In this document: positions 9,476 through 19,790 of the stretch, piece after piece
Layout: each line of letters starts with the position of its first letter
Position numbering within the stretch: position 1 is the first letter of the stretch
Source of the DNA: an uncultured Thermus sp.
GTDB lineage: Bacteria; Deinococcota; Deinococci; Deinococcales; Thermaceae
Reading direction: 5' to 3'
NCBI GenBank assembly: GCA_947085095.1
Contig: CAMTVD010000008.1
Coordinates: 1 to 61,712, forward strand
Length of the DNA stretch: 61,712 nucleotides
Program-made: the position numbers and the translations under genes
Notes under the pieces: generated by a model
The model's database searches: none
The model's input: the letters and a program-made list of their open reading frames with translations, nothing else
What the model was told of the DNA's origin: nothing

Positions 9476-10150
9476 CTACCCTTCCCCCTTGGGGCGGAGG
9501 GCGTAGCCCAGGCCCCGCGCCGTGCGCAGGTAGCCGTAGGCCCCAGCCTCCCTCAGCTTGGCCCGGAGGTTGGCCATGTGCACGTCCAGGACGTTGGAGT
9601 CCTTGCCCAGGGGGTGGCCCCAGACTTTTTCCTCCATCTCCTGCCGGGGGAAGACCCGCCCCGGGCGGCCCATGAGGAGGGCGAGGAGGTCAAACTCCTT
9701 GGGGGAAAGCCGCACCTCCTGCCCGCGGAAGAAGACCTGCCGCCTTTTGGGGTAAAGCTCCAGCTCCCCCACCGCCAGGACCTCGCTTCCCTCCCGGTGC
9801 CGAAGCTGCACCTGGATGCGGGCCAGAAGCTCGGCGGGGTGGAAGGGCTTGACCAGGTAGTCGTCCGCCCCATCGGAGAGGAGGGAGACCTTGCGGTCCA
9901 CCGCGTCCTGGGCGGTGAGGACCAGGATGGGGGTGTCGTCGGTGGCGCGGATTCTCCTCGCCACCTCCCCCCCATCCAGGTCGGGGAGGCCCAGGTCCAG
10001 GACCACCAGGTCGGGCCGCTTTTCCCGGTGGCGCACCAGGCCCTCCATGCCGCTTTTGGCCCAGTCCACGGCGAAGCCCGCCTCCTTGAGCTCCAGCTCC
10101 AGGAGCCTGGCCACCTCGGGGTCGTCCTCAATGAGGAGGATGCGCTTCAT
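9476..10150 (-). CDS. OmpR-family response regulator
   Basis: EDD, LDLGLP, GADDYLVKPF, winged-helix C-terminus. Confidence 0.95.
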   Translation of the reverse strand: MKRILLIEDDPEVARLLELELKEAGFAVDWAKSGMEGLVRHREKRPDLVVLDLGLPDLDGGEVARRIRATDDTPILVLTAQDAVDRKVSLLSDGADDYLVKPFHPAELLARIQVQLRHREGSEVLAVGELELYPKRRQVFFRGQEVRLSPKEFDLLALLMGRPGRVFPRQEMEEKVWGHPLGKDSNVLDVHMANLRAKLREAGAYGYLRTARGLGYALRPKGEG

Positions 10151-10506
10151 GGCCAGAGCCTTTCCGGAGGGGCGAGGCCGTAGACCTCCTTGAGGAGCTT
10201 AAGGAAGCTCACCCGCTCCCTTTCCCCCAGGAGGACATCCCCCCGCTCCGCCAGGGCGGGGAAGGCCTTGGGCTTCTCCCCAGGCAGGAAGAGGAGGAGC
10301 TGGACCTCCTGCCCGGGCCTGGGGGGGAGGGGAGGGGAGAGGGGTTTCAGGGCCTTCCCCTCCAGCCGCCAGGCCCCGTGGAGGGTGCGGAGATCGGGGG
10401 AGAAGAGCCTGAACTCCGTCCCCGGGGGCAGGGCCGGGCCGAAGAGGGAGGGGAGAGCGGCCAAGGCCGCGGAGAGGAGGAGGACCAAGGGCAAGAGCCA
10501 CCGCAT
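10147..10506 (-). CDS. Hypothetical exported protein
   Basis: N-terminal signal peptide. ATGA overlap with the response regulator. Confidence 0.7.
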   Translation of the reverse strand: MRWLLPLVLLLSAALAALPSLFGPALPPGTEFRLFSPDLRTLHGAWRLEGKALKPLSPPLPPRPGQEVQLLLFLPGEKPKAFPALAERGDVLLGERERVSFLKLLKEVYGLAPPERLWP

Positions 10507-10518
10507 CTAACCCCCATT

Positions 10519-11166
10519 CTAGGAGGGCGTGCCGGTCTTTTGTGGGAGGGAGGTTAAGGGGCCTGAAGGTTTTTCCGGGAGGAGGAAGCCGGCGGAGACC
10601 ACGTACTTCAGGGCGTCCTCCACGCTGATGTCCAGGGGGATGACCTCCTCGGAAGGGACCAGGATCACCATGCCGCTGGCGGGGACGGGGCTGGTGGGGA
10701 CCAGGACGGCGGTGTACCCCTCGGGCAGGGGGGGAAGGCGGCTTTCCACGGGCTGGACCACGAAGCAGAGGGTGTAGAGGCCCCGCCTGGGGTACTCTAT
10801 GACCGCCGCCCGGCTGAACTTCACCTCTTTTTGGCCGAAGAGGGTGTGGGCGATCTGCTGCACCGCCTTGTAGATATCCCGCACGATGGGCAGGAGAAGG
10901 AGGGAGCGCTCCAGGGAGACGATGAGCCGCCTTCCCAGGTAGTTCTCCGTAAGGGTCCCCACCAGGTAGATGAGAACCCCGGCCAGGAAAAGGCCCACGA
11001 AGGGGAGGGCGGGCTGGTAGGCCGGGGGCACCTCAAGGTTTACCAGGCGCAAGATGGTCTGGATGTAGTTTCCGGAGTAGGTGTAGACCCAGCCCAGGAA
11101 GTAGAGGGTGACGAGGAGGGGAAGGAGGGTGACCAGCCCGGTGATGAGGCGTTGCCGGAGCCGCAT
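10519..11166 (-). CDS. DUF502 membrane protein
   Basis: Two TM segments, IEYPRRG, VLVPTSP.P.SG, EDALKYVVSAG. Confidence 0.85.
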   Translation of the reverse strand: MRLRQRLITGLVTLLPLLVTLYFLGWVYTYSGNYIQTILRLVNLEVPPAYQPALPFVGLFLAGVLIYLVGTLTENYLGRRLIVSLERSLLLLPIVRDIYKAVQQIAHTLFGQKEVKFSRAAVIEYPRRGLYTLCFVVQPVESRLPPLPEGYTAVLVPTSPVPASGMVILVPSEEVIPLDISVEDALKYVVSAGFLLPEKPSGPLTSLPQKTGTPS

Positions 11167-11232
11167 GGTCTCTAGTTTACCAGAGGGGAAAAACCCGGGT
11201 CCGCCCCAACCAAAGACCAGGGGATACCGGGG

Positions 11233-11841
11233 TTAGCGCCCGTCCCCCCGGCTTTGCGCCAGGGCCTTCAGGCCCTTTAGGTCCTTGAGGAGGATCTTAC
11301 CGTATCCCGAGCGGATGTAGCCCTCCCGGGCGAGCTCCCCGATCACCTTGGTCACGGTTTCCCGCACGCTCCCCACGGCGGCGGCCAGCTCGTCGTGGGT
11401 GGCGTGGAGGACCAGGATGCCCTCCTCCTCCTGGGCCAAGGGAGTTTCCGCCAGTTCCAGAAGGGCCGCCGCCATGCGGTTCTTGAGGCGCTGGGTGGCC
11501 ATGCGCTCAATGCGGCGGTAGGACTCGGAGAGGGCCTGGGCCAGGTGCTGGGCCAGCGCCTTGAGCTCCTCGGGGGAGGGTTCCTTGGGCAGGGTTTCCA
11601 GGACCACCTCCGTCACCGCCTCGGCGAAGTAGCCCCGCTCGGCCCCGAAGAGGGCCTCCTCCCCGAAGTAGCCCCCGGGGCGGACCAGGCGCAGGGTGAG
11701 GGCGTTCCCCTCCTCGTCCACGGCCTCGAGGCGGACGAGGCCGGAAAGCACCCTAAAGGCCCGGTCCCGGGGCCCAAGGGGCCCCGGGTAGAGGATGACC
11801 TCGCCGGGCTTGAAGCTCTGGGTTTCGCGGGCCTGGGTCAT
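11233..11841 (-). CDS. sdrP: CRP/FNR-family regulator SdrP
   Basis: FGEEAL and HDELAAAVGSVRETVTK HTH. 202 aa, very similar to Thermus SdrP as I recall it. Confidence 0.85.
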   Translation of the reverse strand: MTQARETQSFKPGEVILYPGPLGPRDRAFRVLSGLVRLEAVDEEGNALTLRLVRPGGYFGEEALFGAERGYFAEAVTEVVLETLPKEPSPEELKALAQHLAQALSESYRRIERMATQRLKNRMAAALLELAETPLAQEEEGILVLHATHDELAAAVGSVRETVTKVIGELAREGYIRSGYGKILLKDLKGLKALAQSRGDGR

Positions 11842-11859
11842 GGCTGCCTCCTTGTCCCC

Positions 11860-11889
11860 AGGCTAGCACGCCCCCGGGGATTTTGTAAA
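11860..11889 (-). promoter_or_regulatory. Putative sdrP promoter
   Basis: TTTACA-18-TAGCCT with TGn extension, followed by AAGGAGG RBS. Confidence 0.55.
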
Positions 11890-11917
11890 CGGGGAAGTTG
11901 AAAAAATGGAGCCCGGG

Positions 11918-12142
11918 CTACCGAAGGGGGCGCTTCCGGGCCACGGGGAGGAGGCGGTCCAAGGCGATCTCCGGGGTCTCGCCCCGTTTCCTGGCCTCCT
12001 CCCGCTCCCACCTGGCCCAAAAGACCGCCATCTCCCAGACCGCCCTCAGCCTTTCCTCCACAGGAAGAACCTGCCACTCGGCCCGGTCGTCAGGGGTCTC
12101 TTCCAGGGAGAATCTGCGGGCAACGGGCTGGATCCGCCTCAC
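11918..12142 (-). CDS. Small hypothetical protein (type often paired with nucleotidyltransferases)
   Basis: W..LPVEERLRAVWEM pattern. GTGA overlap with the upstream remnant. Confidence 0.65.
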   Translation of the reverse strand: MRRIQPVARRFSLEETPDDRAEWQVLPVEERLRAVWEMAVFWARWEREEARKRGETPEIALDRLLPVARKRPLR

Positions 12143-12225
12143 AGCTCCTCCAGATCCCTCAGGTCCACGGGCCTGCCGAAGGCCCGCTTCAGGGCCCGGA
12201 GGAAGTCCAGCATGTCCTCGGTCAT
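12139..12225 (-). pseudogene. Internally deleted nucleotidyltransferase remnant (28 aa)
   Basis: MTEDMLDFLRAL joined to KRAFGRPVDLRDLEEL*. These are the typical N- and C-terminal motifs, with no catalytic core. Confidence 0.7.
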
Positions 12226-12533
12226 CCCACGTTCTCCCTAAGCCAGTCCAGGTAGGCCCCGTGCCCCTCGGCGATGGGGAGGGCGATGATCTCGGGCACG
12301 GTGTAGGGGTGGAGGGCGAGGACCCGCTCTTTGAGCCTCGGGAAGGCGAAGGTGGTGGTCTTGATGATGAGAAGGACCTCCTGATCCTCCGCCACCTCCC
12401 CCTGCCAGCGGTAGATGGAGGTGAGGCCGGGGAGGATGTTCACGCAGGCGGCCAGGCGCTCCTCCACCAGGGCCCGGGCGATGGAGCGGGCCACCTCCTC
12501 GCTGGGCGCGGTGATGAGGACCACTTCCTCCAT
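12222..12533 (-). CDS. cutA: Divalent cation tolerance protein CutA
   Basis: ERLAACVN, SIYRWQG, KTT, HPY.VPEI. Confidence 0.95.
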   Translation of the reverse strand: MEEVVLITAPSEEVARSIARALVEERLAACVNILPGLTSIYRWQGEVAEDQEVLLIIKTTTFAFPRLKERVLALHPYTVPEIIALPIAEGHGAYLDWLRENVG

Positions 12534-14950
12534 CACTTTTCCTCCTCCACCACGAAGGCGCTGGCGATCTCGTCGTCCTCGGGCAGGTTCATGACCTTGA
12601 CCCCCGCCGTGGCCCGGGAGTACTGGCGGATCTGGGAAACGGGGGTGCGGAGGGCAAGGCCCCGCCTGGAGAGGACCAGGAGGTCCTCCTCCCCCCGCAC
12701 CTTGAGGAGGGCGGCCAGGCGGCCCACCCTGGCGGAGACGGCGTAGGTGATGACCCCCATCCCTCCCCGGCCCTTTAGGGGGTACTCGGCGAGGGGGGTG
12801 CGCTTGCCGTAGCCCCGGGTGCTCACCGAGAGGAGGTCCACCATCTCCCCGGGGCTCACCGTCACCAGGGAGACGACCCGGTCCTCGGGCCTCTTGAAGC
12901 GGATGCCCACCACCCCCTGGGTGTCCCGGCCCGTGGCCCGCACCTCCTCCAGGGGGAAGCGGATGGCCTGGCCCTCCTCTGTGGCCAGGATGGCCTCGTC
13001 CTCGGGGTGGGAGAGGGCCACGCCCACCAGGCGGTCCCCCTCCTGGAGCCGGATGGCGATCAGGCCCCCGGCCCCCAGGTTGGCGTACTCCCGGAGGGCG
13101 GTGCGCTTGATGAGGCCCTTTTCCGTGGCGAAGACCAGGTACCCCTCCCCCTCGAGGCCCCGCACAGAGAGGAGGGCGGCCACCTCCTCCTCCTCCGAGA
13201 GGGGGAGGAGGGTCTTCACGTGCACCCCCCGGGCCTGGCGGCCCATCTCCGGGAGCTCGTAGACCTTGAGGCGGTAGACCCGGCCCCGGTTGGTAAAGAC
13301 GAGGAGGTCGTCGTGGGCGTCGGCCACGAAGACCCCTATGGCCTCGTCCTCCTCCTTGGTCTTGCCCGCCAGAAGGCCCTTCCCGCCCCGCCCTTGGGCC
13401 CGGTAGGTCTCCAGGGGAAGGCGCTTGAGGAAGCCCTGGGCGGTGAGGGTGATGACCATGGGCTCGTCCTCAATGAGGTCCTCGGGGTTGAAGCTCTCCT
13501 CAAACTCGGTGAGGAGGGTGCGCCTCCCGTCCCCGTACTTCTCCTTGACCCGGAGGAGGTCCCGCTTGACCTCTCCCCAAAGGCGGGCCTCATCCTCCAG
13601 GATGGCCTTCAGGCGGGCGATCTCCTCCATGAGCTCACGGTACTCCGCCAAAAGCTTCTCCCTTTCCAGGGCCACCAGGCGCTGCAGGCGCATGTCCAGG
13701 ATGGCCTGGGCCTGGGCCTCGGTGAGGCCGAAGCGCTCCATGAGGCCCCGCCTGGCGGCGGGGGCGTCCTCGGAGGCCCGGATCAGGGCGATGACCTCGT
13801 CAATGTGGTCCAGGGCGATGAGGAGGCCCTCGAGGATGTGGGCCCTCTCCTCCGCCTTCTTCAGGTCAAAGAGGCTCCGGCGCCGCACCACCTCCTTGCG
13901 GTGGTCCAGGTAGTGGCGCATGAGGGCGAGGAGGGGGAGGACCTTGGGCTCCCCGTGGACGATGGCCAGGAGGTTCACGGTGAAGGAGGTCTGCAGGGCG
14001 GTGTGCTTGTAGAGCTGGTTCAGGACCACCTGGGGGTTGGCCCCCCGCTTGAGCTCAATGGCGATCCTGAGGCCCTGGCGGTCGGACTCGTCGCGGAGGG
14101 CCACGATGTCCTCGATCTTCTTGGCCTTGACCAGGGCGGCGATCTGGGCGATGAGGCCCGCCTTGTTCACCTGGTAGGGGATCTCGGTGACCACCAGCAT
14201 GGGCCTCTGCCCCTTTTCCTCTACGCGCACCTTGGCCCTGAGCTTCAGGCTTCCCCGCCCCGTGGCGTAGGCCTCCTTGATGCCCTTTTTGGAAAGCTTC
14301 CCCCCCGTGGGGAAGTCGGGACCCGGGAGGTGGCGCATGACCTCCTCGAGGGTGATCCCCGGGTTGTCAATCATGGCCACCAGGGCGTCCACCACCTCGG
14401 AGAGGTTGTGGGGGGGGAGGCTGGTGGCCATGCCCACGGCGATGCCGCTGGCGCCGTTCACCAGGAGGTTGGGGATGGCGGAGGGGAGGACCTCGGGCTC
14501 CTGGAGAGAGCCGTCGTAGTTGGGGCGGAAGGCCACCGTCTCCTTGTCAATGTCCAGGAGCATCTCCGCCCCCATGGCCGAGAGCCTGGCCTCGGTGTAG
14601 CGCTGGGCGGCGGGAGGGTCCCCGTCAATGGAGCCGAAGTTCCCCTGGCCGTCCACCAGGGGGTAGCGCAGGTTCCAGGGCTGGGCCAGGCGGGCCAGGG
14701 CGTCGTAGATGGCCGCGTCCCCATGGGGGTGGTACTTGCCCATGACCTCGCCCACGACCTTGGCGCTCTTCACGTGCTTGCGGCCCGGGAGGACCCCCTC
14801 CTGGTGGGCGGCGAAGAGGATGCGCCTCTGGACCGGCTTCAGCCCGTCCCGAACGTCCGGGAGGGCCCGGTCCACGATCACGGACATGGCGTAGTTGATG
14901 AAGCTTTGCTTGAGCTCCTCGGTGATTTCTACAGGTAAGACCTGGGCCAT
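12533..14950 (-). CDS. gyrA: DNA gyrase subunit A
   Basis: [26 protein letters not shown], GyrA-box QGRGGKG. Confidence 0.98.
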   Translation of the reverse strand: MAQVLPVEITEELKQSFINYAMSVIVDRALPDVRDGLKPVQRRILFAAHQEGVLPGRKHVKSAKVVGEVMGKYHPHGDAAIYDALARLAQPWNLRYPLVDGQGNFGSIDGDPPAAQRYTEARLSAMGAEMLLDIDKETVAFRPNYDGSLQEPEVLPSAIPNLLVNGASGIAVGMATSLPPHNLSEVVDALVAMIDNPGITLEEVMRHLPGPDFPTGGKLSKKGIKEAYATGRGSLKLRAKVRVEEKGQRPMLVVTEIPYQVNKAGLIAQIAALVKAKKIEDIVALRDESDRQGLRIAIELKRGANPQVVLNQLYKHTALQTSFTVNLLAIVHGEPKVLPLLALMRHYLDHRKEVVRRRSLFDLKKAEERAHILEGLLIALDHIDEVIALIRASEDAPAARRGLMERFGLTEAQAQAILDMRLQRLVALEREKLLAEYRELMEEIARLKAILEDEARLWGEVKRDLLRVKEKYGDGRRTLLTEFEESFNPEDLIEDEPMVITLTAQGFLKRLPLETYRAQGRGGKGLLAGKTKEEDEAIGVFVADAHDDLLVFTNRGRVYRLKVYELPEMGRQARGVHVKTLLPLSEEEEVAALLSVRGLEGEGYLVFATEKGLIKRTALREYANLGAGGLIAIRLQEGDRLVGVALSHPEDEAILATEEGQAIRFPLEEVRATGRDTQGVVGIRFKRPEDRVVSLVTVSPGEMVDLLSVSTRGYGKRTPLAEYPLKGRGGMGVITYAVSARVGRLAALLKVRGEEDLLVLSRRGLALRTPVSQIRQYSRATAGVKVMNLPEDDEIASAFVVEEEK

Positions 14951-14984
14951 AGCGCTCCCGAATGGCGTTTAGACGCCGCCTTTC

Positions 14985-14993
14985 AGTATAGCA
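14985..14993 (-). promoter_or_regulatory. Extended -10 element of gyrA
   Basis: TG-C-TATACT 34 nt before ATG. Confidence 0.55.
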
Positions 14994-15028
14994 CACCCCT
15001 GGGAGACGGGGCTATAGTGGGTTAGATT

Positions 15029-15454
15029 CTAAAGAAGTGGGGTGGCCTCGAGGGCCTCCCAGGCCGCCTCCAGGTAGGCCTCCTCCGCCACCTCTTCCCC
15101 CCAGTAGGCGGTCTTGCCCTCCCCGTCGGCCTTCTGCAGGGCCAGGTGGGCCATGAAGCGGTCCGGAAGGGCCCCATGCCAGTGCTCCTCCCCAGGGGCG
15201 AAGACCACCACGTCCCCGGGGAGGAGGAGCCTGGCCCCCTCCCCCCGGCTTTGCGCCAGACCTACCCCTTCCGCCACGTAGAGCACCTGGCCGTGGGGGT
15301 GGGTGTGCCAGGCTGTGCGGCCTTGGGGAGCGAAGCGCACCAGGAAGAGGCTTTCACCCTGGGGTTGGGCCGGAACTAAGACCTCCAGGTACACCTTTCC
15401 CGAGAACCACTCGGGATTGCCTTCTGCGGTCTTGTGAAAACGGTGGATCTCCAT
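15029..15454 (-). CDS. Cupin domain protein
   Basis: TAWHTHPHGQ and PGEEHWHGA cupin motifs. Confidence 0.88.
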   Translation of the reverse strand: MEIHRFHKTAEGNPEWFSGKVYLEVLVPAQPQGESLFLVRFAPQGRTAWHTHPHGQVLYVAEGVGLAQSRGEGARLLLPGDVVVFAPGEEHWHGALPDRFMAHLALQKADGEGKTAYWGEEVAEEAYLEAAWEALEATPLL

Positions 15455-15456
15455 TC

Positions 15457-15897
15457 CTAACCTCCCACCTCCAGGACCTCGGCCAGGTAGACCAGGGCCA
15501 GCTTGTAGGAGAGGATCCCGAAGCCGGAGACGATGCCCCGGCAGGCGGGGGCGGTCACCGAGTGGCGGCGGAACTCCTCCCGGGCGTGGAGGTTGGTGAG
15601 GTGGACCTCCACCACGGGAAGGGGCTGGGCCTTGATGGCGTCCAGGAGGGCGTAGGAGTAGTGGGTGAGGGCGCCCGGGTTCAGGACGATGGCCAAAAAC
15701 CCCTCCCCGTGGGCCTGCTGGATCCAGTCTATGAGCTGGCCCTCGTAGTTGCTCTGGCGGAAGACCACGCCAAGCCCGAGCTCCGCCCCCCAGGCCTCGC
15801 AGAGGGCCTCCAGCTCCTCCAGGGTCGTCCTTCCGTAAAGCTCCGGCTCCCGCTTGCCCAGAAGGTTCAGGTTAGGGCCGTTTAGGACCAGGACCAT
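15457..15897 (-). CDS. aroQ: Type II 3-dehydroquinate dehydratase
   Basis: NGPNLNLLGKREP, QSN.EG, NPGA.THYS, EVHLTN. Confidence 0.97.
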   Translation of the reverse strand: MVLVLNGPNLNLLGKREPELYGRTTLEELEALCEAWGAELGLGVVFRQSNYEGQLIDWIQQAHGEGFLAIVLNPGALTHYSYALLDAIKAQPLPVVEVHLTNLHAREEFRRHSVTAPACRGIVSGFGILSYKLALVYLAEVLEVGG

Positions 15898-15925
15898 AGG
15901 GGCTCCTTTCCCCTAGGATAAACCC

Positions 15926-16891
15926 ATGCGCCTCCTGGCCCTCGCCCTTATGGTCTCCCTGGCCCTGGCCCAGACCCACGTGGTGGCCCCCGGGGAGACC
16001 CTGTTTTCCATCGCCAAGCGCTACGGCACCCCCGTGGAGGAGCTTGCGCGCCTGAACGGCCTGAAGGATCCGAACCGCATCCGGGCCGGGCAGGTCCTCC
16101 TGGTGCGCCCCCTGGGGGAGGCCCCCCTTCCCCGGGGCCGGGTCCTCTACCTCCCAGCGGTCCAGGGGCGGGCCTTCGGGGTCCGGGTGGAGGGGTATGG
16201 GGCGGGGGAGGCTACCTTCCTGGGGGGGCGTTACCCCCTGTGGCGGGAGGGGGAGGGGCTTTTGGGGCTCGTTCCCGTGGGGGCCCTGGTGGAGCCTGGA
16301 GTCTACCCCTTACGCCTTTTCCTGGACGGGGAGGAGGTGCGCCTGAGCCTGAGGGTGGCCCCGGGAGGCTACGCCAGGGAGGTCCTCCAGCTGTCCGAGG
16401 ACCAAGAGGCCCTCCTCCGGGATCCCGGCCTGAAGGCGGAAAGGGAGAAGGTGGTGGCCGCCTGCCCCAAGGAGGGCCCCCTACGCCTGAAGGGGCCTTT
16501 CCTGAAGCCCCTGGAGGGGCGCCTCACCAGCGCCTTCGGCACCCGGAGGCGGTACGGGAGGCTCTTCACCTCCTACCACGAGGGGCTGGACTTCGCCGCG
16601 CCCCCTGGCACCCCGGTGCGGGCGGTGGCGGCGGGAAAGGTGGTCCTCTCGGAGAGGCTCAAGGTGCGGGGGGAGGCGGTGATCCTGGCCCACGGGGCGG
16701 GGCTTTGCACGGGGTACTGGCACCTGGCCGAGAGGCGGGTGCGGGTGGGGGAGGAGGTGGAGGCCGGAGGGGTCATTGGCCTCCTGGGGAGCACGGGGCT
16801 TTCCACCGGGCCCCACCTGCACCTGGAGGTGCGCCTCTTCGGGGTGCCCGTGGACCCCCTGCCCTTCTTCGCCCGCCTCCCCCTACCCTAG
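15926..16891 (+). CDS. LysM / M23 metallopeptidase
   Basis: Signal peptide, Lys[14 protein letters not shown] and GPHLHLE. Confidence 0.92.
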   Translation: MRLLALALMVSLALAQTHVVAPGETLFSIAKRYGTPVEELARLNGLKDPNRIRAGQVLLVRPLGEAPLPRGRVLYLPAVQGRAFGVRVEGYGAGEATFLGGRYPLWREGEGLLGLVPVGALVEPGVYPLRLFLDGEEVRLSLRVAPGGYAREVLQLSEDQEALLRDPGLKAEREKVVAACPKEGPLRLKGPFLKPLEGRLTSAFGTRRRYGRLFTSYHEGLDFAAPPGTPVRAVAAGKVVLSERLKVRGEAVILAHGAGLCTGYWHLAERRVRVGEEVEAGGVIGLLGSTGLSTGPHLHLEVRLFGVPVDPLPFFARLPLP

Positions 16892-18103
16892 GCGGAGGAG
16901 GGAGAGGACCTCCACGTGGTGGGTGAAGGGGAAGAAATCGTAAGGCCGGGCGAAGGCGAGCTGGTAGCCTCCCTTGGCCAGCTCCCCCACGTCCCGGGCC
17001 CAGGTGGCGGGGTCGCAGGCCACGTAGAGGATCTCCTGGGGGCGGCTTTCCAGGAGGTAGGCCCGCACCTCCCCTGAGAGCCCGGCCCGGGGCGGGTCCA
17101 GGACCACCAGGTCAAAGGCCCCGAAGCGCCGGGCCTCCCGGGCATCCCCCCGGTGGAAGCGCACGTTTTCCACCCCCAGGCGGGCCTTGTCCCCCTCCCC
17201 CCGCCTTACCGCCTCCTTGCTGATCTCTATGGCCACCACCTCTTGGTAGCGGGGGGCGAGGAGGAGGGAGAGGAGGCCCGAGCCGGCGTAGAGCTCCAAG
17301 GCCCTCCCGCCTCCCGGGACCAGGCCCCGGGCCTCTTCCAGGAGAAGCCCCGCCGCCAGGGGGTTCACCTGGGCGAAGCTTTCCAGGCTCACCGTGGCCG
17401 TGAGGGGGCCAAAGGCCTCGAGGAGGGTGGTGGCCCCGTAAAGGGGGCGGACCCTGCCCCGGAAGCGCCCTTTGGGGGAGGGCTCGGCCCAGACCACCCC
17501 GGCGAACCCCTCCTTCACCAGGGCCTTGGCGGGCCGCTTCAGGGCCTCCGGGGAGCCCCCGATCAGGCCCAGGAGAACCTTCCCCTCCAAAAGGCTTCCC
17601 CTCAGGGCCACCTCCTCCACGGGCAGGGGCCAGCTCTTAAGGAGGGCGAAGGCCAAGGCCAAGGGCTCGGCCAGAAGGGGGTCCTCCTCTATCCGCACCA
17701 GCTCCCGGCTCTCCGGCAGGCGGTAGGCCAGACCCCCTAAGGGGTGGCGGGCGTACTGGGCGGCGGTGCGGTAGCCGAGGGCCCTGGGCGAGGGGCGGAT
17801 GGGGCTTAGGGGGAAGGAGAGCTTGGCGATGCGCCTTAGGGCCTCCGCCACCAGGCCCTCTTTGAGAGGAAGCTGGGCCTCGTAAAGGAGGGGGAGGTCG
17901 GCGGAGGGGGGAAGGGGGTGGGGGTAGCGGTCGGGGCGAGGGCTTAAGACCTCCACCCCTTCCAGGAACAAGGCCCCTTTTCGCCGCACCGGCCTTCCCC
18001 GCACCACCTCCCCGGGAAGCCCCCCTTTTACCAGGACCGTACCCTCCTCCGCTCGGGCCAGGCCGTACCCGCCCGGCACCAGTTTTTCCACCAGAATCTC
18101 CAC
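16883..18103 (-). CDS. TrmA/RlmD-family m5U RNA methyltransferase
   Basis: [33 protein letters not shown]. Confidence 0.9.
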   Translation of the reverse strand: MEILVEKLVPGGYGLARAEEGTVLVKGGLPGEVVRGRPVRRKGALFLEGVEVLSPRPDRYPHPLPPSADLPLLYEAQLPLKEGLVAEALRRIAKLSFPLSPIRPSPRALGYRTAAQYARHPLGGLAYRLPESRELVRIEEDPLLAEPLALAFALLKSWPLPVEEVALRGSLLEGKVLLGLIGGSPEALKRPAKALVKEGFAGVVWAEPSPKGRFRGRVRPLYGATTLLEAFGPLTATVSLESFAQVNPLAAGLLLEEARGLVPGGGRALELYAGSGLLSLLLAPRYQEVVAIEISKEAVRRGEGDKARLGVENVRFHRGDAREARRFGAFDLVVLDPPRAGLSGEVRAYLLESRPQEILYVACDPATWARDVGELAKGGYQLAFARPYDFFPFTHHVEVLSLLRLG

Positions 18104-18145
18104 CCTATCACCCTACCCCAAAGGGCTTGACGCTAAGATAAGGGG

Positions 18146-18799
18146 GTGATTCGCATACTGCTAGCGGACGACCACGCCCTCTTCCGGCAGGGGCTGAAAA
18201 GCCTTTTGGAGGCCGAAGGGGATTTCCGGGTGGTGGGGGAGGCCAAGGACGGCTGGGAGGCTTTGCGGCACGCCCTCGAGGCCAAGCCCGATGTGGTCCT
18301 CATGGACATCCAGATGCCGGGCCTGGACGGGGTCCAGGCCACCCAGGCCATCCTCAAGGAGTGGCCCGGGGCCAGGGTCATCATCCTCACCATGTACCGC
18401 CAGGACGCCTACGTCTTTGAGGCGGTCAAGGCGGGGGCCAGGGGGTATCTGCTGAAGGACACGGACGCCCGGGAACTGATAGAGGCCATCCGCCGGGTCC
18501 ACGGGGGGGAGGTCCTTTTGGACGCCGAGCTGGCCGGGCGCATCATCCAGGACTTCCGGGCCAGGAAGGAGCAAAGCGCCCCCCTGCACGCCGAGCTCTC
18601 CGAGCGGGAGATCCAGATCCTCAAGCTGGTGGCCCAGGGGTACACCAACCTGGAGATCGCCGCCGAGCTCCAGCTTTCCGAGAAGACGGTGCGCAACCGC
18701 CTTTCCGAGATCTTCCAGAAGCTCCACTTAAATAACCGCACCCAGGCGGCCCTCTATGCCATCCGGGAGGGGCTGGCGGAGCCCGACCTGGAAGAGTAG
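18146..18799 (+). CDS. NarL/LuxR-family response regulator (no adjacent kinase)
   Basis: [33 protein letters not shown]. Confidence 0.94.
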   Translation: MIRILLADDHALFRQGLKSLLEAEGDFRVVGEAKDGWEALRHALEAKPDVVLMDIQMPGLDGVQATQAILKEWPGARVIILTMYRQDAYVFEAVKAGARGYLLKDTDARELIEAIRRVHGGEVLLDAELAGRIIQDFRARKEQSAPLHAELSEREIQILKLVAQGYTNLEIAAELQLSEKTVRNRLSEIFQKLHLNNRTQAALYAIREGLAEPDLEE

Positions 18800-19785
18800 T
18801 GGACCCGGTCCGCCTTCTTTTGGAGCTGGCCCCCCTCAAGGGGGAGGAGGCCCGCGGGGCCTTCGTGGCCCGGCACCTTCCGGGAGCCCGGAGGGACGGG
18901 GTGGGGAACGTTTTTGCGGGCGAGGGGAGGGTGCTCCTCCTGGCCCACCTGGACACCGTCCTTCCCCCGGCTCCCCCCAAGGCGGTGGGGGAGCGGCTTT
19001 ACGCCCCCGGGGTGGGGGACAACACCAGTGGGGTGGCCGTCCTCCTCTCCCTGCCGGAAATCCCCGGGGTGGTGCGGGGCTTCACCGTGGGGGAGGAGGG
19101 CCTGGGGAACCTGAGGGGGGCGAGGGCCCTGGTGGCGGCCCTGGAACCCGAGGTGGTGGTGGCCGTGGACGGGTACCTGCCCGGGGTGGCGGACCGGGCC
19201 CTGGGCTCGGTGCGCTTCCGGGCCCGCTTCCTGGGTCCTGGGGGGCACGCCTGGGGGGACCGGGGGGCCCCGAACCCCGTCTTTGCCCTGGCGGAGGCCC
19301 TTGCCGCCCTTTATGCCCGTTTCCGGGAGGAGGAGGCGAGCCTGAACGCGGGCGGCCTCATGGGGGGCGAGGCGGTGAACGCCATCGCCAAGGAGGCCTC
19401 GGCCCTCCTGGAGGTGCGGGCCGTGGAGGCCTCGGGGTTAAGCCGCCTCTTCGCCGAGGCGGAAGGCCTCCTAAAGGAGGCGGCCAGGCGGCACCGGGTG
19501 GAGTTCTCCTTGGAGGTTCTGGGCCAAAGGCCCGCGGGGAGCACGGCCACGGAAGAGCTTAGGCGGGCGGCGGAGGAGGCCCTTAGGGCCATCGGAGAGA
19601 GGCCAGCGTTTCAGGCGGGCTCCACGGATGCAAGCGCGGCGGTGGAGCGGGGGATCCCCGCTTTGGCCCTAGGGGTCTACCGGGGGGGCGGGGCCCACAC
19701 CGAGGCAGAGTGGGTCCTGCCCCAAAGCCTCCTGGAGGGGCGGAAGGTCCTTCTGGCCTTTCTCAAGGCCCTTGGCGTAGGATAG
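18799..19785 (+). CDS. M20/M25/M40 metallo-hydrolase
   Basis: AHLDTV, GVGDN, GEEG, GGHAW, AHT. Confidence 0.88.
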   Translation: MDPVRLLLELAPLKGEEARGAFVARHLPGARRDGVGNVFAGEGRVLLLAHLDTVLPPAPPKAVGERLYAPGVGDNTSGVAVLLSLPEIPGVVRGFTVGEEGLGNLRGARALVAALEPEVVVAVDGYLPGVADRALGSVRFRARFLGPGGHAWGDRGAPNPVFALAEALAALYARFREEEASLNAGGLMGGEAVNAIAKEASALLEVRAVEASGLSRLFAEAEGLLKEAARRHRVEFSLEVLGQRPAGSTATEELRRAAEEALRAIGERPAFQAGSTDASAAVERGIPALALGVYRGGGAHTEAEWVLPQSLLEGRKVLLAFLKALGVG

Positions 19786-19790
19786 GGCGT

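Noticed and set aside
13007..14938. Long antisense ORFs (e.g. 643 aa opposite gyrA, also opposite mutS, livM, the TRAP permease and aceB)
   Set aside because: Shadow frames of high-GC codon usage with no motifs, fully overlapping well-supported genes.
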